DNA of 64,000 nucleotides from NCBI GenBank assembly GCA_016861205.1, contig BOKX01000001.1, forward strand, positions 1,076,589 through 1,140,588, given 5' to 3'. The DNA comes from Patescibacteria group bacterium (GTDB lineage Bacteria > Patescibacteriota > Microgenomatia > UBA1400 > PJMF01). Below are positions 18,133 through 27,806 of the stretch, piece by piece; position 1 is the first letter of the stretch, and every line of letters begins with the position of its first letter. Below the pieces are notes generated by a model. The model was not told the DNA's origin and did not search any database. It saw only the letters and a list, made by a program, of their open reading frames with translations. Position numbers and translations under genes: made by a program.

Positions 18133-19449
18133 ATGGTAGATCCTATTTTTGACCTCATTACCCAAGAAGAAACTCGCCAGCGGGAGATGATTGGCTTGAT
18201 TCCCTCGGAGAACCACATTTCGCCAGAGGTATCCTCGGTGCTTAGTTCTTGTTTGAACAGCAAGTACTCTGAAGGTTATTCTCGTCGTCGCTATTACGAA
18301 GGTAACCAAATCATCGACCAAATCGAAGATTTGGCGGTCAATCGGGTCAAAAAACTGTTTGACGTACCCTATGTGAATGTGCAGCCTTACTCAGGTTCGC
18401 CAGCCAACGGAGCTATCTACTTTGCGCTGATGCAGCCAGGGGAGACGCTGATGGGCTTGGCGCTCAGTTCTGGTGGACACCTGACACATGGCCATCCCAA
18501 CGTCACCTTTTCTGGCAGATACTTTAAAACGGTTCAGTATGGTTTGGACAGTCAGGCCAGAATTGATTTTGACCAGCTAGCTCGACTAGCTCGGGAACAC
18601 AAACCAAAGGTGATTGTAGCTGGGACGACTGCTTACCCATTTGTGTTGGACTTTGCCAAGTTTCGCCAGATTGCTGATGAAGTCGGAGCCTGGTTAGTCG
18701 CAGATATTTCGCACATTACTGGTCTAGTAGTTGCAGGGGAACATCCCTCGCCTGTGCCACACGTTGATGTCATCATGTCGACAACTCACAAAACCTTCCG
18801 TGGACCACGGGGTGCCATGATTATGGTTACCCAGCGCGGTTTGGATCGCGACAAAGATTTGGGTAAAAAGATTGACGCTGCCATTATTCCTGGTTTACAG
18901 GGTGGTCCGCACAACGCCACAACTGCCGGCATCGCTGTAGCAGCAGAGGAGGCGAGTCGGCCGGCTTTTATCAAGTATGCCAAACAAATTCGCACCAATG
19001 CCGACACGCTAGCTGAGGCTTTACAAGCCAAGGGTTTAATGCTGGTCGGGTCGGGGACGGAGAACCATTTGATGCTCATTGATTTAAGCGCTATCAGCCC
19101 TGGCTTGGGTGCCCAGGTCGCTTACGCCATGGATGTGGCTGGAATCTACGCCAATCGCAACACGGTCCCCAACGAGCCAGTCTCGCCATTCTATCCTTCA
19201 GGTATCCGCATCGGTACACCGTTGGTGACCACGCGAGGCATGAAGGCCAAGGACATGAAACAAATTGCGACTTGGATTCAACAAGTGGTTGAGTTGACCC
19301 AATCAGCTCGGTTACCAGAGGTCCAGGCTGAGCGCTCACCGTTTTTGAAAGAGTTCCGAGCCAAAGCTGACAAAGATAAAAAATTGCGAGCGATTCGCCA
19401 AGAAGTCAGCGCTTTTGCTCGTGAGTTCCCATTGTTTACTTGGAAGTAG
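18133..19449 (+). CDS. glyA: serine hydroxymethyltransferase
   Basis: The PLP-lysine region STTHKTFRGPRGAMI and the N-terminal motif YSEGYSRRRYYEG are present. The protein is 438 aa. Confidence 0.9.
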   Translation: MVDPIFDLITQEETRQREMIGLIPSENHISPEVSSVLSSCLNSKYSEGYSRRRYYEGNQIIDQIEDLAVNRVKKLFDVPYVNVQPYSGSPANGAIYFALMQPGETLMGLALSSGGHLTHGHPNVTFSGRYFKTVQYGLDSQARIDFDQLARLAREHKPKVIVAGTTAYPFVLDFAKFRQIADEVGAWLVADISHITGLVVAGEHPSPVPHVDVIMSTTHKTFRGPRGAMIMVTQRGLDRDKDLGKKIDAAIIPGLQGGPHNATTAGIAVAAEEASRPAFIKYAKQIRTNADTLAEALQAKGLMLVGSGTENHLMLIDLSAISPGLGAQVAYAMDVAGIYANRNTVPNEPVSPFYPSGIRIGTPLVTTRGMKAKDMKQIATWIQQVVELTQSARLPEVQAERSPFLKEFRAKADKDKKLRAIRQEVSAFAREFPLFTWK

Positions 19450-19468
19450 CGCACCGGTGGCCCGAGCA

Positions 19469-20206
19469 TCAAGCGCGGTCGCTACGGGCAGCGCGGATCA
19501 TGACGAGGCCATTGCCGGCGGCAGCTATGCTGACCGGTTTGCCTTTTTTCCAAACACTGACTGTAAAACCAAGATTGGTCAGGTACTTGCACAAGGTGCT
19601 GAGCGATTGTTTAGGATGAGGGTGAAACTCGATCAGTAGCTGTCGTACTTTAACCAATTCTAATCCAGCGGACATCAGGATAGCTTGCTCCGCACCTTCA
19701 ATATCCATTTTTAACAAGTCTATTGAGTCAGTTAAAAACTCGCGAAGTCCCTTCATGGGGACAGTCAAAGGATAGGTAGCCTGATCACCTGTCCAGGCAG
19801 CGGGGAGGAGGCTGGCCGTACTCCACCATTGATCAGGGCTGCTATCGATGTACAGCTCTGTTTGCCCTGACTCAGTGCCGACCGCTACTTTCTCAACGGT
19901 GACCTGGTCATCAACTTGGTTTTGCCACAAGTTGCGCTCCAGAACTTCCGCTACGTACGGATTGGGTTCTACCGCAGTAATGTGCGCTCCTGGGGCTTGG
20001 GTCAAAAAGTATAGACTGGCCATGCCGATGTGGGCGCCAATGTCCAGGATGCGAGGTGAGGGAGTATCTGGTTCAAAAGAGTAGATATCACGGCCAAAAA
20101 TTTCCTGCTTCAAAACATGATACTCACGTTCATTGAGGTACTCGATTTGCCAGCCATGGAGTTTCGTTATCGGCACCTGCCTAGTATACTTCAGTCCATG
20201 ACCCAT
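19469..20206 (-). CDS. FkbM family methyltransferase
   Basis: It has a DIGAHIGMASLYF SAM-binding motif and the FkbM-type fold. The start is uncertain: the ORF extends to 20254 and overlaps the divergent nfo start. Confidence 0.6.
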   Translation of the reverse strand: MGHGLKYTRQVPITKLHGWQIEYLNEREYHVLKQEIFGRDIYSFEPDTPSPRILDIGAHIGMASLYFLTQAPGAHITAVEPNPYVAEVLERNLWQNQVDDQVTVEKVAVGTESGQTELYIDSSPDQWWSTASLLPAAWTGDQATYPLTVPMKGLREFLTDSIDLLKMDIEGAEQAILMSAGLELVKVRQLLIEFHPHPKQSLSTLCKYLTNLGFTVSVWKKGKPVSIAAAGNGLVMIRAARSDRA

Positions 20207-21091
20207 CACGACCCACACTCTCACGTTGCAGCCGACCGACGCATTGGAGCCCATGTTTCGGCGGCAGGGGGACTGGACAAAGCCATTGAACGGGCAGCTG
20301 CGATCGGCGCCAACTGTGTGCAGGTCTTTTCGGGCAGTCCTCGGGTTTGGGCACGGTCACCTCTAGAAAAAGTTGATACCGCCAAAGTGTTCTCAAAACA
20401 GCAAGAATTGTCTATCAATCCAATTTTTACGCATACCATCTATTTGACAAACGTGGCTTCAGACAACCCGAACCTCGTCCAAAAGTCTGCAGAGGTTCTG
20501 AAGTATGATTTGCAGTTTGATAGTTTGGTTAAAGGTTCGGGAGTGGTGGTGCATTTAGGTAGCCACCAAGGTCGCGGTTGGGAAGCGGTCAAAGATCAGA
20601 CTGCGCGGGTGATTAGTGAAGTTTTGCAAAACACACCTGATGATTCACATCTGCTCATTGAGAACTCGGCTGGCCAACAGGGCAAGTTGTGTAGTGACTT
20701 AAGTGAAGTGCGTTGGTTGTTTGACGCCGTCAAATCAACGCGGTTGCGTTGGTGCCTCGATACCTGTCACGCTTGGTGTGCAGGGCTTTCCCTAGGTAAA
20801 GTTGGTCGAGACGGTCAAAAAACAGCGATCGAAGTGATTGAAGAACTGGATTTAGCTGATAAGTTGACTTTGGTTCATGTTAACGACAGCCGCGACCCTT
20901 TTGCTTCTGGTCGAGATAGGCACGCCAATCTTGGAGATGGGGAAATTCCACCAGCGGAGCTAGCTTACTTTTTAACGCATCCGTTCATCAAAGATAAACC
21001 ACTGGTCTTGGAAGTGCCTGGTATTGAAGGCGATGGACCAGATGCTGAAAATATTCAGCGGCTGAGAACCTTAGCTGGCCTTGGGAAGTGA
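20198..21091 (+). CDS. nfo: deoxyribonuclease IV (endonuclease IV)
   Basis: The N-terminal segment RIGAHVSAAGGLDKAIERAAAIGANCVQVF is near-identical in pattern to Nfo. It has a TIM-barrel with conserved His/Asp metal ligands (HLGSH, HVNDS). Confidence 0.85.
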   Translation: MTHHDPHSHVAADRRIGAHVSAAGGLDKAIERAAAIGANCVQVFSGSPRVWARSPLEKVDTAKVFSKQQELSINPIFTHTIYLTNVASDNPNLVQKSAEVLKYDLQFDSLVKGSGVVVHLGSHQGRGWEAVKDQTARVISEVLQNTPDDSHLLIENSAGQQGKLCSDLSEVRWLFDAVKSTRLRWCLDTCHAWCAGLSLGKVGRDGQKTAIEVIEELDLADKLTLVHVNDSRDPFASGRDRHANLGDGEIPPAELAYFLTHPFIKDKPLVLEVPGIEGDGPDAENIQRLRTLAGLGK

Positions 21092-21970
21092 CAGTTCGGC
21101 TAAGAGTGGGGTAGCCATGGTTGCTACTTCGTCAGTGATAACGTGTGCCTGAACCAGGACACCAAGTATCTCGAGTGATAGCTGTCGGATTTGCTGGGGA
21201 AACTCCTCTTTACTCCAAGTAGCTGAGTTATCGATCACTAAATGGGACCGATTGCGAATCCCCTCTGCGGTGAAGTCGGTGGCATTTTGGCGTTTATAAC
21301 GGTCGGCATCTCGCAAGTGTCGTTCGGCGCGAATGCTAGCCACCTCTTCTATGGTGGTGTTCGAGTTTTTTTGGAGCTCGCGTTCAAGCATGCGTTGGGT
21401 GGCTTTGTCATCATCAGTTGTTACCCCGATGACGAGCATGTTGGGAAAAAGCTGGCGGTTGCGCTCAATGTCGGCGAAAACTTTTGAATCAACCACGACC
21501 ACTTGGCGCTCGGCCATTAGCTTGGCCACCTCGTCAGTAATCATCTGATCAAGTTCTGCGTCATGGTGATCATCGTTCTCGAGTTCAAGGTATGACCGCC
21601 AAGCATAAAATGCTTTGTGGAAGTTGCTATCTTCTTTGGCTTGCAGATAATCAAGATCAGGGTGGGCCAAGCTATACACTTGTTCAAAGAAGCGCCGACG
21701 CATCACTTCACCAGTTAAGACCAAACCAGGTTTAAAACGAATATCGGTTTCTGCCCGGGGGTTGAAACGCAAAAAGGATTCTTCCAGGGTGCTTGCTAGG
21801 GAAGTGGCAATTGAAGTACTACCAGTCCCGCCGCTGCGCAATACACCATCCTCACCCACGGTTGGCATGGCTCGGACCACAATCAGGAGCGTGTCAGTGT
21901 CGCTATACACCTCTACTTGGCGGTCAGCCAGTTCCTGAATAGATTGATAGTTTGCTTCAATTCTGCGCAT
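21071..21970 (-). CDS. hypothetical protein with degenerate P-loop-like segment (SGGTGSTSIA); possibly cytidylate-kinase-like family
   Basis: A 299-aa ORF that is convergent with nfo, overlapping it by 21 nt. Family assignment is weak. Confidence 0.45.
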   Translation of the reverse strand: MRRIEANYQSIQELADRQVEVYSDTDTLLIVVRAMPTVGEDGVLRSGGTGSTSIATSLASTLEESFLRFNPRAETDIRFKPGLVLTGEVMRRRFFEQVYSLAHPDLDYLQAKEDSNFHKAFYAWRSYLELENDDHHDAELDQMITDEVAKLMAERQVVVVDSKVFADIERNRQLFPNMLVIGVTTDDDKATQRMLERELQKNSNTTIEEVASIRAERHLRDADRYKRQNATDFTAEGIRNRSHLVIDNSATWSKEEFPQQIRQLSLEILGVLVQAHVITDEVATMATPLLAELSLPKAS

Positions 21971-22063
21971 GTTCTCGGGGATTATATCACCGTCGTGTGA
22001 CTTTTCTTATAATAATTAAGTTGTCGCTGGACCGAGACTACTTTGGACTTGGTACAATACACC

Positions 22064-22975
22064 ATGATTGTTTTTGACGGATACACCTACGCCGCTCGTC
22101 GTGAACGAGAGCTGTTGCCAGAAGTGGCTAAGCTTAAAACGCAAGGCGTCGTGCCCAAAGTCGTAGCCATTTTGTTTCAAGAAGACCAAGGTAGCCAGCT
22201 GTACACTCGGCTTAAAAGCGAAGCCGCTACTCGGCTGGGTATTGAGTATCAAGTTCAGTCATTCTCACTGCGGACTCCCGTTTCGGAAATTGCGGAAGCG
22301 GTCAAAGCTGCCAACGCCGACCCATTAGTCACTGGCATTATTATTCAGAAACCCTGGCGACAGACGTGGGTACAAGTTTCCAGCCCAAATCACCACGATG
22401 GTGACCAAGCCGGAGCATTTAAAGCCTGGTGGCACGAACTCGTATCACTGATTGATCCTGCCAAGGATGTCGATGGGTTACACCCCAGCACGCTGGAGCT
22501 GTTGGCTGCCAACGCCTGGTCTGCCACTGGCAAAGTTTTGCCAGCTACATGCTTGGCAGTTTGGGAAATTCTGGAAGAATCTAAACAGTTGTCACCGGAA
22601 AAGCAGATAGTAATTATTGGTAAATCTGATTTGTTGGGTTTGCCGTTGTATTACTGGTTGCGTCACCACAACTACAAGGTGGAGCTATGGGGCAAAGCTG
22701 AACTAGCTGCTCGGCGCGAGTCAGGCCAGCTGTTGCAAGATAAAGATATTGTTATCTCAGCCACCGGCCAGCCAGGCTTAATCACTGGTGACTTGCTCAA
22801 ACCAGGTGTGACTCTGGTGGATGTAGGGGAACCGCGGGCTGATATTGATCGGGCTAGCTTGAGCGAGACGGTGGCATTTTTGACACCCGTCCCAGGCGGA
22901 GTAGGGCCCGTGACAGTCAGTTGCCTAATGGCTAACGCTGTGACCTTAGCGAGCCAAAAGCTAACTACTCGCTAA
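22064..22975 (+). CDS. folD: bifunctional methylenetetrahydrofolate dehydrogenase/cyclohydrolase
   Basis: Motifs VVAILFQEDQGSQLY, DVDGLHP, IIGKSDLLGLPL and TPVPGGVGPVTV match FolD. The start was trimmed to MIVFDG. Confidence 0.85.
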   Translation: MIVFDGYTYAARRERELLPEVAKLKTQGVVPKVVAILFQEDQGSQLYTRLKSEAATRLGIEYQVQSFSLRTPVSEIAEAVKAANADPLVTGIIIQKPWRQTWVQVSSPNHHDGDQAGAFKAWWHELVSLIDPAKDVDGLHPSTLELLAANAWSATGKVLPATCLAVWEILEESKQLSPEKQIVIIGKSDLLGLPLYYWLRHHNYKVELWGKAELAARRESGQLLQDKDIVISATGQPGLITGDLLKPGVTLVDVGEPRADIDRASLSETVAFLTPVPGGVGPVTVSCLMANAVTLASQKLTTR

Positions 22976-23090
22976 ATTTTCTCTGGTGTGATATACTTCA
23001 CCTCTAGTAATTATATTGCGCTGTTTGCGGTCAGAGTCCTGATTCACCCAAACCAGCGCGCTCCTCACAAAGTGAGGGCAAACAAGGACA

Positions 23091-23810
23091 GTGATGATTG
23101 ATACCACCGCCTTACCTAACCATGCTCCAGAGTATGATCTGCAGCAGTTGTTTGATGCCGGTTGCCATTTTGGCCACCAAGCTCGCAAATGGCACCCAGC
23201 CATGGCGCAGTTCATTTACATGGAAAAAGATGGCGTGCACATCTTTGACCTGGCCAAAACCGCCGCTCAACTGCAACAAGCTTACAACTACGTTTACGAG
23301 TTAGGTCGCACTGGTGGCACTTTGGTTATGGTTGGGACCAAACGCCAAGCCAAAGAGTTAGTTAAAGCTGCCGCTGAGCCAGCGGGCGTGATGTTCATCA
23401 CATCTCGATGGTTGGGTGGTCTGTTGACCAACTGGGAACAGGTGCAAAAATCTCTCAAACGCATGATCGAGATCGAGACTGGTTTGCAGAATGACACTTT
23501 CAAAGGATACACCAAGTTTGAACGAGTTCAGCTCGAGAAAGAGCAAGGCCGATTGGAGCGTTTCTTCATCGGTATCAAGAACCTCAAGAAACGTCCTGAT
23601 TGCTTGTTCGTGATCGATCCAGCTCGAGAAAAGAACGTGATTCGCGAAGCCCAAAGTATGGGTGTGCCAGTCATTGCCTTGATCGACTCAAACGCCGATC
23701 CTCGCCAAGTTGACATCGCGATTCCCGCCAACGACGACGCTATGAGTAGTATCCAACTCATCGTCAACGAAATTGCCAAAGCCTACCAGGCTGGCAAAGC
23801 TGCCAAGTAA
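23091..23810 (+). CDS. rpsB: 30S ribosomal protein S2
   Basis: It has FDAGCHFGHQARKWHP and TSRWLGGLLTNW, the classic S2 signatures. Confidence 0.9.
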   Translation: MMIDTTALPNHAPEYDLQQLFDAGCHFGHQARKWHPAMAQFIYMEKDGVHIFDLAKTAAQLQQAYNYVYELGRTGGTLVMVGTKRQAKELVKAAAEPAGVMFITSRWLGGLLTNWEQVQKSLKRMIEIETGLQNDTFKGYTKFERVQLEKEQGRLERFFIGIKNLKKRPDCLFVIDPAREKNVIREAQSMGVPVIALIDSNADPRQVDIAIPANDDAMSSIQLIVNEIAKAYQAGKAAK

Positions 23811-23857
23811 TTTGGTAGTCTAGATAGAGACTTTTATTAATGAGTAGATGAAGGAGT

Positions 23858-23909
23858 GTTTTGTAGTTTTGAGTCCGACTTTTCTCTGGAGGAGGAAAAA
23901 CTACAAAAC
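23858..23909 (+). promoter_or_regulatory. long perfect hairpin in tsf leader (13-bp stem GTTTTGTAGTTTT / AAAACTACAAAAC, 25-nt loop containing GGAGGAGG)
   Basis: The stem arms at 23858-23870 and 23897-23909 are exact reverse complements. AAGGAG sits immediately 5' of the stem, and the ATG follows 8 nt after it. Confidence 0.4.
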
Positions 23910-23917
23910 AGACAATT

Positions 23918-24376
23918 ATGAGTTACACCGCTGCAGACGTTAAACAACTTCGTGAAGAAACCGGTGCTGGCATGATGGACTGTAAAAAAGCCCTCGACGA
24001 AGCCGGCGGCGACTACGCCAAAGCTCGCGACTTAGTGCGAGAGCGTGGCTTAGCCAAAGCTGAGAAGAAAGCTGACCGCGAAACCAAAGAAGGTTACATC
24101 GCTAGTTATGTTCACGCCACCGGCAAGAATGCCGTGATGGTTGAACTGCTGTGCGAAACCGACTTTGTCGGCCGCAACGAAGAGTTCCGCGCTTTGGGTC
24201 GGGATATCGCCATGCAAGTTTCTGCCATGGCCCCTGAGACCGTTGAAGAACTGTTAGCTCAAGAGTTTATTAAAGATGGCTCACAAACCATTGAGCAAAT
24301 GCTCAAGGCTTTGAGTGGCAAAATCGGCGAAAAGCTGATGGTTGGCCGCTTTGTGCGCTACGTAGTGGGCGAGTAA
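23918..24376 (+). CDS. tsf: elongation factor Ts (short form)
   Basis: It has an N-terminal UBA-like domain (VKQLREETGAGMMDCKKAL) and an EF-Ts core. It follows rpsB, the conserved rpsB-tsf order. Confidence 0.85.
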   Translation: MSYTAADVKQLREETGAGMMDCKKALDEAGGDYAKARDLVRERGLAKAEKKADRETKEGYIASYVHATGKNAVMVELLCETDFVGRNEEFRALGRDIAMQVSAMAPETVEELLAQEFIKDGSQTIEQMLKALSGKIGEKLMVGRFVRYVVGE

Positions 24377-24402
24377 ATCGTACCTACAGTATGAAAATGA
24401 AA

Positions 24403-24425
24403 GCCCTCGGAAACGAGGGCTTTTT
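24403..24425. terminator. bidirectional rho-independent terminator between convergent tsf and queA (GCCCTCG-GAAA-CGAGGGC + T5)
   Basis: A perfect 7-bp GC stem with a T-run on the plus side and a T-rich tail on the minus side. Confidence 0.6.
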
Positions 24426-24429
24426 GGTG

Positions 24430-25512
24430 TCAGGTAATCAGCATCGCATCACCAAAACTGAGGAATCGGTAGTCTTGTTGCAAGGCCACTTGGTAAGCAG
24501 CACCCAACGTGGTGTCGGCGAACGAAGTGAACGAGTGGGCGGTGTTGGGTTGGGTGACAAAGGCGGAAACAAGCATCAGTAACGTTGAGTCTGGTTCGTG
24601 GAAGTTGGTGATTAAGCCATCAATAGCCTCGAATCGATAGGGCGGATAAATGAAGATCCTGGTTTCACCACTGCCAGCTACAAATTGATGGCGTTCGTGA
24701 TCGAAGCAGGTTTCCAACACGCGAGTGGTGGTAGTTCCAACTGAGATGATACGTCGACCGGCCTGGCGAGCAGCATTGAGGGCGGCCGCGGTGTCAGCCG
24801 AGAACGAGTAGGTCTCAGCGTGCATCTCGTGCTGCGTGATGTCATCAACTTTGACACGCAGGAATGTGCCCAGCCCAACGTGCAAGGTAACTTCGTGAAT
24901 CTCAACACCCAGCTGTGTTAGCGCCTGGTCAACCGCTGGCGTAAAGTGCAGACCAGCCGTTGGTGCAGCGGCTGAGCCAGCCACTTTGGCGTAGAGGGTC
25001 TGGTACAACTGACGTAGTTCCTGTGGGTCATCACCGTGCCACTCGAGGTAGGGAGGTAGGGGAGTATGACCAATTTTCTCGAGGCTTTCGAACAGTTCGG
25101 TATGTGACTGGTTAAACTCAATCGTCCGACTAAAACCGGTGATCTCGGCACAACTTCCTTCAAGGTCCACATTGTCAAAGACGACTGTTTGGCCAGGTTT
25201 GAGACCGGGCTTGGTCAGACACTCCCAGCGCTCAGTCGCTGAGCCACTGCTTAGTCGTTTGGCGAGCAGGATTTCGACTTCACCACCGGACTTTTTTCGC
25301 CCGAAAATCCGAGCCGGAATTACTTTGGTGTTGTTGCGCACCAAGATGTCGGTGGGCCAGAGCAGGCTGGGCAACTCCCGAAAGTGGTGGTGATGCAGCT
25401 CGCCAGTCTCACGGTTGACGACCAGCAACCGGCTGCTGTCTCGAGGTACAGCTGGAGTCTGTGCAATTCGCTCAGCAGGGAGGTCATAGTGGAAATCTCG
25501 AGGTGAGAGCAT
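24430..25512 (-). CDS. queA: S-adenosylmethionine:tRNA ribosyltransferase-isomerase
   Basis: The N-terminus matches QueA (FHYDLPAERIAQTPAVPRDSSRLLVV). The start was trimmed to MLSPRDFHYDLP. Confidence 0.85.
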   Translation of the reverse strand: MLSPRDFHYDLPAERIAQTPAVPRDSSRLLVVNRETGELHHHHFRELPSLLWPTDILVRNNTKVIPARIFGRKKSGGEVEILLAKRLSSGSATERWECLTKPGLKPGQTVVFDNVDLEGSCAEITGFSRTIEFNQSHTELFESLEKIGHTPLPPYLEWHGDDPQELRQLYQTLYAKVAGSAAAPTAGLHFTPAVDQALTQLGVEIHEVTLHVGLGTFLRVKVDDITQHEMHAETYSFSADTAAALNAARQAGRRIISVGTTTTRVLETCFDHERHQFVAGSGETRIFIYPPYRFEAIDGLITNFHEPDSTLLMLVSAFVTQPNTAHSFTSFADTTLGAAYQVALQQDYRFLSFGDAMLIT

Positions 25513-25584
25513 AACCATGTATTATACTGCACCGGTTTTGAGCGCTCGGCTGGCTTGGCAGATAGAGTACAATAGCTGTTCAAG

Positions 25585-26739
25585 ATGCCAAACTCAACTT
25601 TTAGCTTTCATCTAGAGAAAACTGTCGGCCGAGCCAGAATTGGCTGGTTTGAGACACCACATGGCCGAGTTGAGACGCCGATTTTTATGCCAGTTGGGAC
25701 CTTGGCCACAGTTAAAGCCTTGGACACTCAGGATATTGCTGCTACCCAAGCCCAGATCATTTTAGCCAACACCTACCACCTGTACTTGCGACCCGGCATG
25801 GAAAGGCTGCAAGCGATGGGGGGAGTGCATCAGTTCATGAACTGGTCGAAACCCATGTTGACTGACTCAGGTGGTTTTCAAGTTTTTTCGCTCGGCAAAA
25901 CAGACGGCGGAGTCAAGATTACCGAAGAAGGCGTTGGCTTTACTTCGCACTTGGATGGTTCAAAACACTTCTTTACACCCGAGCGGGCGATCGAGATTCA
26001 GCAGCAAATTGGGGCCGACATCATGATGGCCTTTGATGAGTGCACACCAGATCAAGCTGACAGCCGATATGCTCGGGAAGCTTTGGATCGGACGCATCGA
26101 TGGGCCGATCAATGTCTGATGGCCTGGGAAGCGCGCGATCGACACAGCGTGTATGGTCAGTATCAAGCTTTGTTTGGCATTGTCCAAGGAGCCATGATTC
26201 CGGAGCTCCGGCGTGAGTCGGCTGAGTTTATGGTGGCGCGTCCCTTCGACGGTATTGCCGTGGGTGGCGAGACCATCGGCTACAACATGGCTGGAACGGC
26301 TGAGGTGATGGGCTGGATCGAGCAGTTGTTGCCTGCTGATAAGCCGCGCTATGCCATGGGTCTGGGTCTCAACCCCAGTGATTTAGTGGCAGCGGTGAAA
26401 CTGGGTTTTGATATGTTTGACTGTGTGGCGCCAACGCGACTGGCTCGCAACGGAGCCATCTACGTGGGTGAAATCCAAGGTACCGGTGAAAACGTGGAGT
26501 TCGTCAGCGAGTGGCCGAAAGGTCGCCTGAGCATTGGTAACTCGCGGTTTGCGACTGACCAGTCTGTGATTCAACCTGGGTGCGACTGTCACACCTGCCA
26601 GATGGGGTACAGCCGAGCCTACCTTCACCATCTCTACAAATGCGGCGAATTGACGTACTATCGATTAGCATCGATTCATAACGTCCGATGTATGGTACGC
26701 TTAACTGAGCAGTTGCGAACCCAGCTCAAGCTTGGGTAA
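25585..26739 (+). CDS. tgt: queuine tRNA-ribosyltransferase (tRNA-guanine transglycosylase)
   Basis: It has a DSGGFQ active site, the Zn site CDCHTC...H, and is 384 aa. It is divergent from queA. Confidence 0.9.
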   Translation: MPNSTFSFHLEKTVGRARIGWFETPHGRVETPIFMPVGTLATVKALDTQDIAATQAQIILANTYHLYLRPGMERLQAMGGVHQFMNWSKPMLTDSGGFQVFSLGKTDGGVKITEEGVGFTSHLDGSKHFFTPERAIEIQQQIGADIMMAFDECTPDQADSRYAREALDRTHRWADQCLMAWEARDRHSVYGQYQALFGIVQGAMIPELRRESAEFMVARPFDGIAVGGETIGYNMAGTAEVMGWIEQLLPADKPRYAMGLGLNPSDLVAAVKLGFDMFDCVAPTRLARNGAIYVGEIQGTGENVEFVSEWPKGRLSIGNSRFATDQSVIQPGCDCHTCQMGYSRAYLHHLYKCGELTYYRLASIHNVRCMVRLTEQLRTQLKLG

Positions 26740-26759
26740 AGTAGAACTACTCACAATTT

Positions 26760-27806
26760 ATGTCCCGTCGTGTCGCCGCCCACCGCCGTGGAACCAAGTA
26801 TGACTATGCTGCCTCAGGTCGCTCTACGCGACGCTCGGGGTCTGTAGTTGTCAGGCGAACCCGCCCTTCGAACCAGTCAAAGAGACCAAGTCACAAATCA
26901 AGTTCTGGTCCCATGAAGTTGTTGGGAGCGATTGTCACTGCCATGATCGGTTTACTGGCAATTGGTTGGTTGTCTTGGACACTTGCCCCGAACTGGTTGG
27001 GTTTTAAGCAAGATAGCCAAACATTATTCATTTCATCAGAAAAAGATGGACACAACAAGAGAATAATATACGCAGTATATTTAAAGGATGCCAACAGAAT
27101 TCACTTGTGGGAGCTCGACTCTCAAACACCGGTGCATTTGATTGGTGGATATGGTGAGTATCCGCTCAGTGCAGTAAACAGGTTGTTGGGTCTAGAGAAA
27201 AAATCGCCTGATTTCGTGCGAGCTGCCTACAGCCAAGCAATTGGGGTGGGGGCAAGTGACATTATCACAACTGTTGAGCCGACGTCAGATCTGACCACCT
27301 TAGAGGCCACCAGGAAATGGTGGTGGCAGACTGCTTGGGCCAATGTATCTCATCATTGGCAAGCGTGGCAATGGTATTGGGCAGCTGATCAAGTTGGGTC
27401 GTATGGCGTCACCTTCCATGGCCAGGTGCCAGTGGCCAATTTGGGTCGAGAAGTGAGGCTGTTGCCCGATTGGCTGGACAGTGAGTGTTCAATTGCTGTG
27501 GTGAACACCACGGCTGTCAGCGGGTTGGCCAGCCAGTTGGCCAGAGTTTTAGAAAACGGGCAGTTGCGAGTCATCCGAGTTACCGATAGTAAGCAACCGT
27601 CCGATGTGACACAGTTGGTGATGAATAACCAGGCGGCAGGACGTTGTCAGCGGGCAATGCATGGGGTTGAAACAGTGCTGCCACTTGAGCCTCATGCAGT
27701 GGAAAATCAAGAAGCGGCTAACCAATATCGTGCAGATATTGTGGTACTACTTGGCAAAGATGTTGAGCCTTTGTTCATGGGCCAGACTAGTGGCCCAAGT
27801 CGCTAG
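26760..27806 (+). CDS. membrane-anchored protein with LytR C-terminal (LytR_C)-like domain
   Basis: A basic N-terminus and one TM helix are followed by a C-terminal segment AVVNTTAVSGLASQLARVLENGQLRVIRV, which resembles the LytR_C domain. Confidence 0.45.
   Translation: MSRRVAAHRRGTKYDYAASGRSTRRSGSVVVRRTRPSNQSKRPSHKSSSGPMKLLGAIVTAMIGLLAIGWLSWTLAPNWLGFKQDSQTLFISSEKDGHNKRIIYAVYLKDANRIHLWELDSQTPVHLIGGYGEYPLSAVNRLLGLEKKSPDFVRAAYSQAIGVGASDIITTVEPTSDLTTLEATRKWWWQTAWANVSHHWQAWQWYWAADQVGSYGVTFHGQVPVANLGREVRLLPDWLDSECSIAVVNTTAVSGLASQLARVLENGQLRVIRVTDSKQPSDVTQLVMNNQAAGRCQRAMHGVETVLPLEPHAVENQEAANQYRADIVVLLGKDVEPLFMGQTSGPSR

Noticed and set aside
2429-23067. Shared 12-mer CCTCACAAAGTG between the tRNA-Ala flank (2429-2440) and the rpsB leader (23056-23067)
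   Set aside because: The match is short and falls within the chance expectation for a window of this size. It is not interpreted as a shared element.
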